A stretch of 64,000 bases of DNA from Fimbriosthenelais zetlandica (taxonomy: Eukaryota). Shown piece after piece: positions 13,900 to 26,956 of this stretch (its first letter is position 1; each line of letters starts with the position of its first letter). Position numbers and translations under genes: made by a program. The stretch is taken from positions 27,652,001-27,716,000 of the forward strand of contig OZ365110.1 in the NCBI GenBank assembly GCA_977030845.1, written 5' to 3'. Below the pieces are notes generated by a model, which made no database searches, was not told where the DNA came from, and saw only the letters and a program-made list of their open reading frames with translations.

Positions 13900-16276
13900 A
13901 TGCAACAAGATTATCGACCAAAATTTTCAATAGGACAGTTTGTCGATGTAGAGATCGAAGGGTCTTGGCAGCCAGCCCTTGTCCAGGATGTTTCATTGAG
14001 AGGATACAGGGAATACACTGTTTGTCTCATAGACAAGGCAGAGGTCCTCAAGGTGTGCTCTTCGAAACTACGACCATCTCAGACATTTTCCCGAATGCTG
14101 GCCGAGGAGTTAGAGACAGAAGTGCAAGATCAAAGTCAAAGTCAGGAAAGACTTTCTCATGTTCACTGGGCGGATGATGATGATTTTGAAGAAGTGGCAC
14201 CCAAGAAAACACCGCCTACCAAACCTCCAAGATTTAAAAAACTCAGTGAACCGGAGTTAGATTCGATCCAACTTGCTTCGAAGTCCAGTAAGACAAATGA
14301 CTCCACCAAGTGGGGAAGTGCAATATTCAGAGGTGAGTTTCCCCCTTATACGGGCATTTCTATACTATAACTTCTAGGACATACATGTAAGTGTTACACA
14401 TTCATCGGATCATTGGTTTGCCAATACAGTCCAGATGGACATTTTGCCTGCATTTAATTAGGCACTTTTCCCACGTCCGACATTAAGGAGCCGACACAAA
14501 AGTATCATTTTCTTTGGCCTTTGTGATCTCTTTACTGTTCCTATTCCTCAACATGGTCGTTTCGGGGTCAATTCTATGGAGATTCTCACATGTCAAAGTT
14601 ATCTTCTTTTCTTCTCAGATTGGTTAGCCGAGAGACACTTACCCACCAACTTTGAACTGATGTCCTCCCAAGACTTAGCCAACGCCTTGAGGAGGTTCTA
14701 TGGAGAGACACAGATGCGTAATGGTGAACCTTACAGCAAGGCTTCACTTCTTTCTATCAGAGGTGCTATCCAACGTCAACTCTCTGCACCTCCACACCAC
14801 CGTCACCTTGACCTGAGGAACGCCCCTGAATTTGCACCTGCAAATGCTGTCTTGGCAGGAAAATTCAGGGAATTAAAAAAAGCTGGACAAGACAGAAGCA
14901 CCCACCATCATCCTATCTCTGATACTGATTTGCTTAAACTCTATCAATCCGACCTCTTTACAACTGTCAACCCTCAGTCCCTACAGTTGAAAGTTTTCTT
15001 TGAAATGACCCTTCATTTCGGACGTAGGGGCAGAGAGGGACTGAGGGACTTGAAGGCGAAAGACGTCATATTCAGGAAAGATCCACACGGCCAGGAGTAT
15101 GCAACCCTTGCCTTCCAGCCTCTTGAAAAGAACCACCAGGGTTTTGATAGGAACGCAACTGAGCATGATCAGAGGATGTATGCTACAGGAGGGAGTAAGT
15201 GCCCTCTCAACTCACTACGCACCTATTTGCAGCATCTACATCCGGACTGCCAAGCCTTTTTCCAGAGAGCTAAAACAACTAAATGGGAGACAAGTACATC
15301 GTGGTACTGCAATATGCCCATTGGTGTCAATACTATAGGCAAGTTCATGGACCGGATTTCACAGAAGGCAAATCTCAGTGAGCGATACACAAACCACTGT
15401 ATCAGGGCAACAACTGTCACCAGTTTGCGAGATCTTGGTATAGAGGCAGCAGACATTATGTCGGTTACAGGGCATCGAAATGCTTCCTCTTTAGAGCACT
15501 ACTCCACAACATCCGCACAGAAAAGACAGCATATGTCCAATGCTCTATCAAAAAAGCTTGGGTATATAATTCCAGGCAATGGACAGGGACAGGCGAAACA
15601 GGCAAGACCACCTTCTGCTGCCTTAGGTCGTCCTCCAAGTCCCCACCCCGACGATTCAATTCCACCAGCGAACACCTCACCATGCCCAATAATTCTCCAG
15701 TGCACTACTGCACCACATGAAGCAAAGGAAAAGTGCACTAGTGCACCAGACAAACCAAAGGACAATTCGCCTGCCCAGACAAAAGAATCAAGTACACATG
15801 TATCTCAGGAAAAAGGTCCGCAGTGCACTACTGCACCACAAGAAGCAGTGCAAAATTCCCCTGCCCACACCAACAAATCAACGACACCCGCACCTGGGGA
15901 AATACCTTCAACATCATCAACAGCAGAAGGCATTGCACCTGTCCTTCTTGTCCCGTCAAGGGTGGCCAAGATGACAATGGAGGTTAACAGAACACAGAGA
16001 CCAGTGGGCTCACAAACCTTGGCCGATGTGGAAGGCAAAGGGAAAGGGAAAGGGAAAGGCAAGGCTACTCCCTCGCACAATATATTTCCTCCTCCTGTAG
16101 CCTATGAGGAAGTCAATTTCAATCTTGAACTGGATTCAGGTGAGACGATTCCTCCCTCACAGGTGGTGTTAAAGGACAAACAGCACGGACACGAGTGGAA
16201 ACTTGTCAATGGTGTACGCTCCTTATTTGATAATGCACATTTCACTAACTGTACTTTCAACATTAATATAAAATGA
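13900..16276 (+). CDS. Crypton-type (DUF3504-like) tyrosine recombinase with N-terminal Tudor/Agenet-like domain, 696 aa
   Basis: join(13900..14332,14619..16276) with a GT-AG intron (AG|gtgagt ... ttctcag|AT) gives 2091 nt in one open frame, joining STKWGSAIFR|DWL, a typical Crypton-like segment. Catalytic motifs: FGRRGREG (R281), EKNHQG (K315), TNHCIRAT (H404, R407), VTGHRN (H430), SLEHY (Y439). The C-terminus FTNCTFNINIK is also typical of this family. N-terminal residues 7-59 (KFSIGQFVDVEIEGSWQPALV...YTVCLIDKAEVLKVCSSKLRP) fit a Tudor/Agenet beta-barrel pattern. Confidence 0.9.
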
Positions 16277-16913
16277 GGGTATGACACCAGAGAAGGTGAC
16301 TACAGGTTACTGCTTCGTTCACTCCTTCTACACACTAGGCAGTGATCTGCTTCATTGTCACCTACTCTTCACACACATCAAAAGACAATATCGTTTGGTT
16401 CTTAAGTAGACTCAGTTCATTACTTGCAGACAAAGTTTACATTGCTTACACTGCCATGGACAGTAAATGTTATTGGACTTGGACTATGTACGTACACCTG
16501 TGAAAGGATTATAACCTATAGTAATTTTTGTTTAGCCTCTTAGACAGTTGGACATACACATTGACAGGCCCAACTATAATATATTTAGCCAATGTATAAA
16601 GTAAGCAAAGCTTACTTTCTCTGGATCAGTGCATATGGTTCATACTCATAACGCAGATTGAAAGAGAATTGTAGGCTTACAACTTAGAAGTCCGTACTCA
16701 CTGTCATATAAAATAAGCAGCACTTAGGCTGACATATATATAAAAGTAATAGTGCATGCCTTTCATAGACATTACACTTATATGTATTAAAGATGACATG
16801 ACTTTTTCAGTTCGTAATTGAATTTGTCATAGGCTCATAGACGTTCAATTTAGATAGCCAAAGTAAGAGTTGTCAATGTTACACTCAGGTAAGAACTTCG
16901 TCGATTTTAGGTC

Positions 16914-16919
16914 AATAAA
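16914..16919 (+). terminator. Likely polyadenylation signal of the recombinase transcript
   Basis: AATAAA about 640 bp downstream of the stop codon, immediately before the right-hand TACCGATTCT copy. Confidence 0.4.
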
Positions 16920-17573
16920 TGTACCGATTCTACAATTTGTCATCCTATTGTCATTGCCCAACGCACATACACTTTTCTATACATTTCAAGACATAATCGG
17001 GCACAACATGTCTTTCCCATGACAGCACCAAGTGAATAGTGCACCCCACACATACACGAGCGACCGTCCCTATCAGTACACTCACCACACATCCTACCAC
17101 ATCCCCTCCTCAGATCTCCTCCCTACCCCTCCTTCTCTGCATGAAGGGAAAAGTGATAGTGCACGCTCTTGATACACATTGGACAGGGGAAGGGTGCAGG
17201 AGGTTGCTGGGACGTGGGTGGGTGTGTAGGGGTGGTGCGTTCCGTGTCATGAGGAGGCAAGTAGTGAACCAACCCCTCCTTCACTGTACGAGATATTTAC
17301 ACCGTACGACAGCCCCCTCAGTGCCGTCATGTACACTATAATGGTGACATAAGACATTTATCCCATCCCACCATCGATGTGTGCATAACACATAATGATT
17401 ATAAAACATAATTCAATGAGTAATTCTCCTTTTAATGAGTTACAAGTGATTCATGCTTGGACCAGGAGCATGACTGACCTACTAACCACCCCCATGTGAC
17501 TCGTCGGAGGTCGGTGAATGAGGTCACTTGGCCAGTGTCAAGATAAAACGCTCATTTCCCACCCTGTATATCA

Positions 17574-17791
17574 GTGATCTTCGTAGGTCAGTGGTAACGT
17601 GCCTGCTTCTGGCACGGCAGGAGACGGTTCAAACCCGGGTAAAACCAGTACAGTGCACCATCAGTCTGGAGCGACTTCTACAGGGTTCACTACGGGGAAC
17701 TGGAGCGACTTCTACAGGGTTCACTACGGGGTAATAGTGAAGCTGGTATAGTGCATGAAAACGGGGTAGTAGTGTACTAATAAATACTAAT
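17574..17791 (+). mobile_element. tRNA-derived SINE (degenerate)
   Basis: A-box-like TAGGTCAGTGG (17584-17594) and B-box GGTTCAAACCC (17626-17636). An anticodon-like arm GTGCC-TGCTTCT-GGCAC (5-bp stem, 7-nt loop) lies between them. A non-tRNA body follows and ends in the tail TACTAATAAATACTAAT. Confidence 0.65.
17666..17731 (+). repeat. Exact 32-bp tandem duplication inside the SINE body
   Basis: CTGGAGCGACTTCTACAGGGTTCACTACGGGG at 17666-17697 and 17700-17731. Confidence 0.95.
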
Positions 17792-20700
17792 TTCCTTAAC
17801 AACTACATCACATCTACATCTGCAAAGTTTGACATGCAAGGAAAACCAGTATAAGCCAGAACAGTGCTTCAGTTGGATTGCCTGAAATATAATTTCTCTT
17901 CACCTGCCAGAGAGGAGTGCCAGTAAATCAAGCCATCTATAGGTACATAAACCCTGGCTTATCTCTACTTCTGATGACCACTCGTTTCTCCAGGGTCAGG
18001 GTTATCAGCCTGATAATGGGATAGGGCGGCGCGAGTTTATCTACCCTTATAATGGTTCGCCCCCGGCGTTAGTCTTGCCCGGCTCCTCATGCCTTATCAG
18101 TTAATTGATTTTTGCTTTTCATTTTCATAATTCCTTCACGGAAACAGCCCTGAAGGGCGTGGAGGCGGTCTCTTTGACCAACGAGTATAGAAAGAATACT
18201 CGTTGCTTTGACCACCTGCACATGGTCAGTTTTGGACTTAAGGCCGTCATCCACTTGTGCAATATACTCAACTTAGACATGATATTGTTTTTGCAATAAT
18301 ATTATTACGAGGCAATAAAGGTTATTAATAGTGGTTTGGTTTGGTAAAGGCCATCCTCCACTTGTGCGATTCATTGTGGGAGACACGTATAATGGACATT
18401 GTCGCAAAGAAAACAGTACTAGAAGTAGATGGTATTGGTGTGGACATCCTTGCCCGATAAGAAGGTAAGACCACAAGGTTCTATCTATATTCCTGGCACA
18501 GATCTATACAGATTATACATCAGATATTCGTTGCATCATAGCAGCCACTGACATAATAATAAAATGTAATGGTATAATTGAAGGGTTGTTTCAATTGGAA
18601 GGGCTTGGACCAGTCTATGCTCAATGTGTGGCTATCTCTGTGGTTTGGGGCGGTGGTAGGAGCGGGGTGGTACCTTCACTAACAGGGAAGACACGTGGTA
18701 TATGACGTTAACCCCCCTCCATCCTCATCTTCGTCCACACCCATCACCCTCCAAAGTCCCATATTCAACCCCATCCCCCAGTCTATATCCACCCTCCCTT
18801 AAAACCACAAATACAGTTTCTCCCTCAAATTATGCCACACTTCACGCACGCGCATGCCTTAAAGCATGCGCACATCCTTATCTCGATGACCTCGTCCCTC
18901 TTCAAAAAATACACATGACACAGAACCCGACCACGTGAGGTATAAGTGGCCCTCTGGATCTTTCCATCAATTGGTAAACTTTGGGGAAATATGCAGAGTA
19001 ACAGGGGACATGCTACATATATATGGAATTTCTATCACCAGCCTGTTCAACCAAAACTGCATATCTGACTCAGTAACCTCCTATTTTCTTAGAGTAAATC
19101 CAGTCCATCTCCGATGGATTCTGAAATATTCCCCTCCAATTGAATTCTCCCACAAAACCTAAATCTAAGTTGAACCCTTCCCCCACACACAGAGAAGGCA
19201 CCCGTCATATTTATACCCTCAATATATTAGCGATCAACACACAAGGGTATGCCTGGGGCGACATGCCAAGGGTCTATAGGAGGGAGCGGGACCTGCGCGC
19301 CGAACCATATGGCACGAGAACGCCACGACCGGGATTCCACTCAGATGACCTTCACCTCTGGCTCTTTTATTCCTCCAGGGTCCCTCCCAGTGTCGCTATG
19401 GCAGCAGAAGCACCAGTCACATACCCACCCACCCACTCCCCCTCCACTCACCCAACCACCACTCGTCCTATGAGAAGGAGGACCTGAATAAGAATTCGGC
19501 GAACTCCACAAAGTTGACATCTCAACCCCTATAAATCTTAGGTATTTCGAAGCAGGTCAGCAATATGATTATTTTTAATATTAAAGGGATTTAACCTCTG
19601 TGATGGTATGTATTTATAAAGTGTCACCTGTGGTTAATTTTTTGGGAGGGCAACATGACCAAAATGATAAAAGTTGGAAGTCAATTTAATGATGCTCAAT
19701 TGGATTAGATAAACGACATAATCCAAGAGAGGATCTGTCATAGAGAATGTCTCATGAGGATTGTTCAGATCACTTTATTGTGATTCCGAGCAATTATATA
19801 AGGCAACAAAGTAACAATATGTGAATCTATCTATCTTTCAAGGGAATGTCTTGATGTTCAGTTACGAAAATGTACCCTGAGTTATTACCTTCAGAATTAA
19901 TGTAACAGTATAATTTACTGAGTCATTGATGGGGGGCTAGAAATGGATTTACCGTGTTTAATAAATATAACATAAAAACCCAGAATCTCTGCGCCAAAAA
20001 GCGAGGATAAATCACGAGTGTAATACTTGTCTCGTCTCAGGGTCAGGATCAGAGGGCTCTCTATGGACTGCATGCCAAAGTATACAGTGAGACTCATTCA
20101 AACATCCATTCATCTGTTATAGCCTCATCTCTCTGGCAGGAAGTCTGTAATACCAACTGCAATTTTTGTGGTTCAAGTGATACCAAACAACATATAGATG
20201 AGTGTCCATTTAAACATGTTACCATTGTAGACTGCCTACCAGACTTACTATAGAAACTCTGTCAGACAAGTATCGGCTAATATCGGGAGAACAAGCCCTC
20301 TCCAGGGATGATGACCTCAGGAAAGCTGTATTCTAATAGATCAATGATATAATACAACAATATAGCAGAATCCTACTATAGATTTTTTAAGCTAGTAGAA
20401 TAATTAAGAACTTTCAAGATGAGAAGGTCAAGGTCTAACCACTTTGGTCCACTCAGGTCACGCTCAGGTCTCGCGGCACGTAAACGAGATCATTGTATGG
20501 GTGTTTCAATGGGGGCAATCATAGCAGTCATGGCGTTTGTGAATATACTGGTTAATGCATACATGCCCCGGGGGCATAAAGCTTATACCCCCTGAGGGGG
20601 TCAATCATACATCATTCCATCCCATATGATAATCACTGACCCCACATGGTAGCGCAAGAACCTCACATTGGAATATTAAATGGGCAGTTGATTTTCATTA

Positions 20701-22030
20701 AAAGGAGAGCCCCAGGCTATAGTGGGAAATGCCCCATGAAAAAAGTGAAGTTCACATGAAAAGGGATAAACAACCCATTACTAAATGAAATGTCATATTT
20801 TACTCGAGGGAAAAACGTATGGGTAAGGAAGTGATGCGTAGTTAAAAGCTGACAGCCGTGGATGTGCTATCAAGTATTCAATGAAGGCTCGATCTGTGCC
20901 AATATTTACATGATAACTATTAGAAGATAACTCTTTAACATGGCCTTCACATGTGTCGAGCACTACAACTCATGTGCACACTCAATAGATGTCATGTGTT
21001 TGAGGAGTCTCGCTTTCTGAGAGGGTTCCTTCTGGTTTGAAGTGCTTCAACTATGCAGGATCAGTTCGAGTGCTTAGTAAACTGACCTAACGAGTAACTT
21101 TCTCGAGAGATGCCTAATATTGTCCTCTTATTTCTTGTATAAACATGATGCAAATGCAATACTATGTAACGATTAAAGAAAGATCTGCATCATTATGAAC
21201 CACTTGGCATTGCCTTCCCGAGACAAGCCCATGGAAAATGAAGAGGGAACCCTGCTTATAGAAATGTTATAGACGCACAATTCATGGAACTTGACCAGAA
21301 AAATCAATGATCAGCTAAATTGATACAATTACTTGCAAACCATTAAAAGTTACCCGAATACGAGAGATTCAGTATAGAAATCAGTAGGAATAGACGAGAA
21401 AAATGCAACGGATTATACCTTTTTAAACGCAATGGCTTTCAGTAAGAAAAGTGTCACTTTTTGCCATCAGCCATTTCTCAGGATACAGAGGTCGAGCAGT
21501 GGCTCTATGGTGGAATGTCTAATACGCCAAAGCAGTCTAAACATTCTTTATAGTCACCTATCTCCAGCTCCTGCCATACCTTTCGATATTTATACCAAGA
21601 CACTCTTTTTTCACTACTGACACCTTTATTTTCGCATGTGAGGCAATACTAGGTCAAGGAAACATGTATTATTTTACATTTATTTGGGTGGGACGTGGTC
21701 CATTGAGAGCAATCGGCAAAAAGAAATCAATGAACGCGAAATATGTACCCTCTTATGTCTTGAACTTGATAAAGTGTGAAAGGAATCATATATAGAAAAA
21801 CACTATTGAGAATTTGATGCAGGGGATGGATTTTCAGCGAATTGTCCTATCTTTCGCTGGCTGGTTCCCAGTCTCTGGCACTGACTGCAGTCTGCCACAT
21901 GTGGCAGACAGGGGGATAGAAGTAGAACATATGCGCATTGTGGTGAGAAGTGGGTGCATGATGATGGCCATGAAAAGCAATGACCAATACTCGATGAAAA
22001 GATAATGAAGATGGAAATCATGGAATGGAC

Positions 22031-22044
22031 AGAGAAAGAGAGAG

Positions 22045-22085
<41 letters not shown>

Positions 22086-22113
22086 GAGAGAGGAGAGGGA
22101 GAGAGAAAGAGAG
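22031..22113 (+). repeat. Imperfect (GA)n microsatellite
   Basis: About 80 bp of GA dinucleotides with a few interruptions. Confidence 0.95.
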
Positions 22114-25100
22114 TAAAGCAAGGAACAAATGAAGAAACGTCCCAATATAGTTACCCTCCAAATGAAAACTTCTTCCACAGATTGGTGTTGACACTTGTTT
22201 TTACGAAGCAACATAAACAAGTAATCAAAGAACTGTGTGCACAGATGGGAGGAAACATGGGTGGGACATTTAAACACGGTATGGGTGATACACAAGCAAA
22301 AAAAACCCTATGTACGTGTAGTTAATACGCCTAGCGTAATATTGGGTTGCAGTTTATAATTGATTCTCCGATTTGATTGGATATGACATGGATCGGTGAT
22401 AAATCATAGAGGAAAAACTAGGGGACAGCATTGTTAAGATTTGGGGAATGCAGACAGGAGAAAAAAATTGAGATTTGATACAGCGAGAGATCGAGATCTG
22501 AGAGAAGGGGACAAAGGGTGAGGGCTGGGCTCGGATTGTGTAATCCAGGGTTAGAAAGAAAGGGGCTCCTTCCAGATGGCCATAGACCCTCCGGGTCATT
22601 CAAAGGGGCTGCATGTAAAGTATCGAGGGGAATAAAGCAACTCTATAGGGTGGGATGGGTGGATGGTATGACTGAAGATGAGAAAGTGTTTATGAGGGAA
22701 ACTTTCATTTTAGATTTATTCCAAGTATCAGGAAACTGATCAAGTAACTGTTCATTTATGACCCTCTTATACTTAAAACCAATAGCAACAAGTGAAAGTC
22801 AGCAATATTTTCTCACAGGAAGGAAAATGTGAACAAATATCCAAAAAGACAAACGTTTGCCCTTCTTTAGTTTTTCTGAGAAGGTTTGACCTGATTCTAA
22901 GATCCGGGCATGAGTTTTGACTAGACAGACCCAAGCTGATAGGGGGTGGAGGGATCCATAGGCTCAGCGGTCAGGAGGTAGGAGGTAGCAGGGGTATATT
23001 GTCCTAAATCTAGAAAAAATAATGGCTAAAGATGTATGACCAAAATCCAAGGACCCTAGGGTGACCGACATATAGATAGAGCAAAATGAACACTGACGGA
23101 AAAGGGACCAACTCTAATAGAGGGTCTGGTTTCAATTTGCAAAACATTACGCAGAATTTGCAACACGGTAGGCAGAATATGCAGCATATTAGTAATGTAT
23201 ATATGTCTTAAGTCAAAAGATACATAATGTCTGAGGGCCCTTTAAAAGGAAGGGAGAAGTGGCAAGGCTGAATGGTAAATGAAGAAACTCATTGAGAAGA
23301 TGAGGAAAAATCAATCAAATAGGGACACGACTGAAAGGGAACCGTTGCAAGATGAACGGAGTGAGGTGATGCGAAGAAAATCGTTCCAAAGGGAGGGGAT
23401 TCAAAATTAGGACTTAAAAAGATTCCGTCCAGTGACTCTTTTGTGACGGGGTTCAGAAAGGGAACTTTCTCCATTATTTGAAGGATCCAACGTGTCTTTG
23501 ATCTCCTATGTCTGGGACTGGTAGACGAATGGGGGCAGCTGTTCCTTCACGGCAACATGTTGTACTTGCCAGTGAAACCACCCCAGACATACCGTGAGTG
23601 GCACTTCTGCACTAGTTTACAAGTCAATATAAAAGGTCGAAGACTAAATAGAAACCCAGATCCCCAATGATCAGGGTGCTGGAAAGTCAATCAGTGAAGG
23701 AACAAAAGACCTGGGTTACCTAAACCACATTTTATCATGTAGAATGTATTTTATTAGCCTCGTTAAACGGGCTGGCAAACACGTTTTCTTAGATAACAGA
23801 CTATTTTTTCCTGAATCAGTTTAAACAAGAAAGTTCCCTGTCATGTCTCGCCAGTCTTGATGCTGGTTGATCGGATATTCTGGTTCAGACAATAGCAGGT
23901 TTTCAATATAAATATGTATACTATAGGCTATGTATAGATGACCTGCTAATGCAATGTGTACGGGCTGGCCATAGCGAATTAATTATATTCCAATGCAAAT
24001 TATTTCTTGCAACCCTTGTTACCTCCTCCTTCTCCAGCTTAATTTCTAGGAGAAAAGCATCAGACTTCGCAACGCAGAACATCATTGAATTACATGATGT
24101 ACAAATGTAGTTGCAATTCCTCTCCTTTGACAGACAGTTTTCTTCTCGTCCGGACCAGCATCAATAGCCTTGCGAAATCAATTAGCTGACAGCAATGATC
24201 AAAAGCCCAGACAACAAGAGTGAACAATTAAAAAAAAGTGAAAAGAACCACTGAGCACAAAGAGAAAAAATGCAAACAAACCATCTAAATGTTGGTGTAC
24301 ATAGTCTTACAGGACATTGACATGCATGTCACGTGGGTTTCATGTAAGCGTTGACATGCTCGTCACGTGGTGTAGGCGAGTCGGTGGGGTATAGACATAA
24401 GCAATCTTTATAGTATGGCTTGAGGCTAAAGAAGATATGTCCATGGAGCCCTGATATCATATGCACACACCAGCCCACAGGTGGTCATATACAACTGCTC
24501 ATAAATACAGGAGCCTGGCTTACCGCCTTGGTTTACACACAATACAACAATTACTGCTGGTAATAAGATCCCACTACTATAGAGAACCATAAATATCACC
24601 TAATAAATAAAAGCCGACAAAAAGAGACTAGAATTTCTCGGTTTGAATAGAATAATCGACAATGACTGTATGTGTGGGTGTACATATAATACCACCTGTG
24701 TATACTAGAAAGATGTGATGGGAGAGGGTACAAAGAGATTTTGATCAGGAAAAAATGATCATTTATTATTTAAGCATATTTACAATGTGTGATGCAATTA
24801 TTTGACTTTACTCTATGAACCAAGTGCAGGTTCTCACAGGGTGGCAAATGCCCTTGACTGTTGGGCTTATTATTTTCCATGACAAAACGGTACAGTCAGA
24901 TATTTCAATTCTTAAATCTTCATGAATATGTAGATTTTTTTCACTTGTGAGGAAAACGGATGGGCACAATGGGCACAAAATATTCAGGCCACAAAAAAAC
25001 TCTAACGAACTTTTATTAAATAAATCATGTAAAAGCCAACTGACACAAGACATTGAAGACAGAAGCAAGCAGTGTCACGCTTGACTGATTTGTCCATTTA

Positions 25101-26956
25101 ACCCTAACGACCTACACCCAAAGGAAGGTTAGTTCGGACCCTGGATAAGGTCAACAAGACAAGATCATAGGTCAACCCAGAAGGGTTTTAGGGGCTAATC
25201 GGAGTTCTTTCTCACAAGTATACATGCTCTCCTTTGAGGCACCATTATGATCGTAACTGTACCCCTTGCTTCAATGCAAGAGGACAGTGAGTGAGAACTC
25301 CAAAACTTCAACCACTGGGATCCAAAAGTCCCCATCACAAAAAAAATTCCGGGAATCCCTGGGTGAAGTACAGGAGGGGCAAGGTCCAAAAGCCATGGTT
25401 ATATATGTAGGGTCATTACTCTTTGTCAACTTCAGGTATATCTTTTTACCCCGAGTAAGTGGGTGGTTGGGCTGGATGGTGGGGTTGGAGTGTGTAGTGG
25501 TACTATATTGCTTACCACTATATAAATGTGTCTCTTGACTGGTTTGTTTGAGACCTCGGGGGCTTGGCTTTTCACGATCTGTCAGGATTGAAGCTTGTTG
25601 AGATGACAATTTGATCTATTCCCTCACTCTACCGCCATGTTAAAGGTAATACACTGAATACCGTGAGAAAGTAGGGATGAGTTGGATCCTGGGTTTGATC
25701 TGCAAACTGTTATAAAAGTCTCCTAATGGTTTTCATGCCAAAATGTCAAGACGTCTGTTTATTTATTAGGCTAATTAGGCCTTATTTTAAACATTGAGTC
25801 TAATCAGCCACACATGATCCATAGGGGGCCTACTGTATGCCATTTCGGATCAATTTGGCATCTTTGATATGGCCAGGCCTATCCCAAAATAAATCTCGCG
25901 CCTCGTGACACATCGGGAGACCCTGTCACCATGGCCACTGTTTGAAAAACCGCAGACGTGCGTTATGGTTTGTATGTGGGTACTTCAGGGGTTACCGAGG
26001 GTGGGTGGCATATAAGACTCAGATACTGGTTGGGAAGAGACAGGGGGTACAAGAGGTTAACTGGACCGATGAAGTGCTAATGGTATGACAGAGAAAGCCC
26101 TAGTTGAAGAATAGGTTGGCGAATACGTCAAGAAACTAGGTTCTTTGACCTTGGCAGGCACCGAGGGAGCCTTAATAGTGTTAATAGCATGGCCCTACTT
26201 TGATGTGGTCTTATGTTAAAAAGGAGTACATAAATGTATCAAACAGACCCTGACTTAGCGCATCATGTCAGTTTCTCTTTATACGACAAGACAAACATTA
26301 AAAAAGAACCGGAATTAATCGTGCCGTGGCATGTTGACGTCTGTGAGAACTTAGCTTTTCACAGTAATGCACGGTCACGTTATGCTTCCATAGATTAATT
26401 TTTACATTTTTTTTTGTAGATTTCCAATTGATAGAACTTTTCCACATCATCCCGCGCCTTCCATGTAAACCAGTCACACTTTAAGTATTATCTATCATCC
26501 TAGAGCTTTCGTGCCGTCTTCGCTCTTACGTCAATCATCTATCTCTGTTTACTCCGTTTCCCCATCTTGTCTTTCTCCAAATTTCAGCACATCTTTAAGC
26601 TTCCTCTTAGCACAAGGCAGTTATCACAAAATATGCCAGTTTTCGTAACATCCATTCACAGCTCTTTTCAGTCTTTGTCTTTTAGTCGCTTTTAAGCGGG
26701 GTTTACTACACCCCTACAACGTTTGGCACGTCAGTAGCTACAGACGTTCATTTCTTATTATAGAACTTTCTTCTGTGACGATCTAAACAAAAATATCATC
26801 CTGACAGAAAATATATATGTGGTTCAGACCTGCACTGAGGGCAATATGAATTGACAGTACTCTAAGGGTGTTGTTCCATGTTTATTTTTACAAGGAAGAA
26901 AAACCCTATGTTTCTTTACTAAAAAACAAATAAACCAAAATCGGTATTGATGGCTT

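Larger units (their letters stand above)
12915..16931 (+). mobile_element. Candidate full-length Crypton-type tyrosine-recombinase DNA transposon (~4.0 kb; boundaries inferred)
   Basis: Contains the intact spliced YR gene at 13900-16276, a long hairpin at 12937-13063 and AATAAA at 16914-16919. It is bracketed by the direct repeat TACCGATTCT (12915-12924 and 16922-16931). No TIR pair or TSD was seen at the ends. The element class is well supported; the exact ends are not. Confidence 0.6.

Noticed and set aside
14576-14618. Start of the 566-aa ORF in the supplied track (MEILTCQSYLLFFS)
   Set aside because: This stretch is the polypyrimidine tract and acceptor of the intron; the true N-terminus comes from exon 13900-14332.
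17574-17645. Functional tRNA-Lys gene
   Set aside because: G instead of U33, a broken T-stem and no acceptor stem; interpreted as a SINE head.
26420-26470. Acceptor followed by FPIDRTFPHHP (TBC-domain-like words)
   Set aside because: The frame closes within a few codons and there is no other TBC sequence; coincidence is likely.
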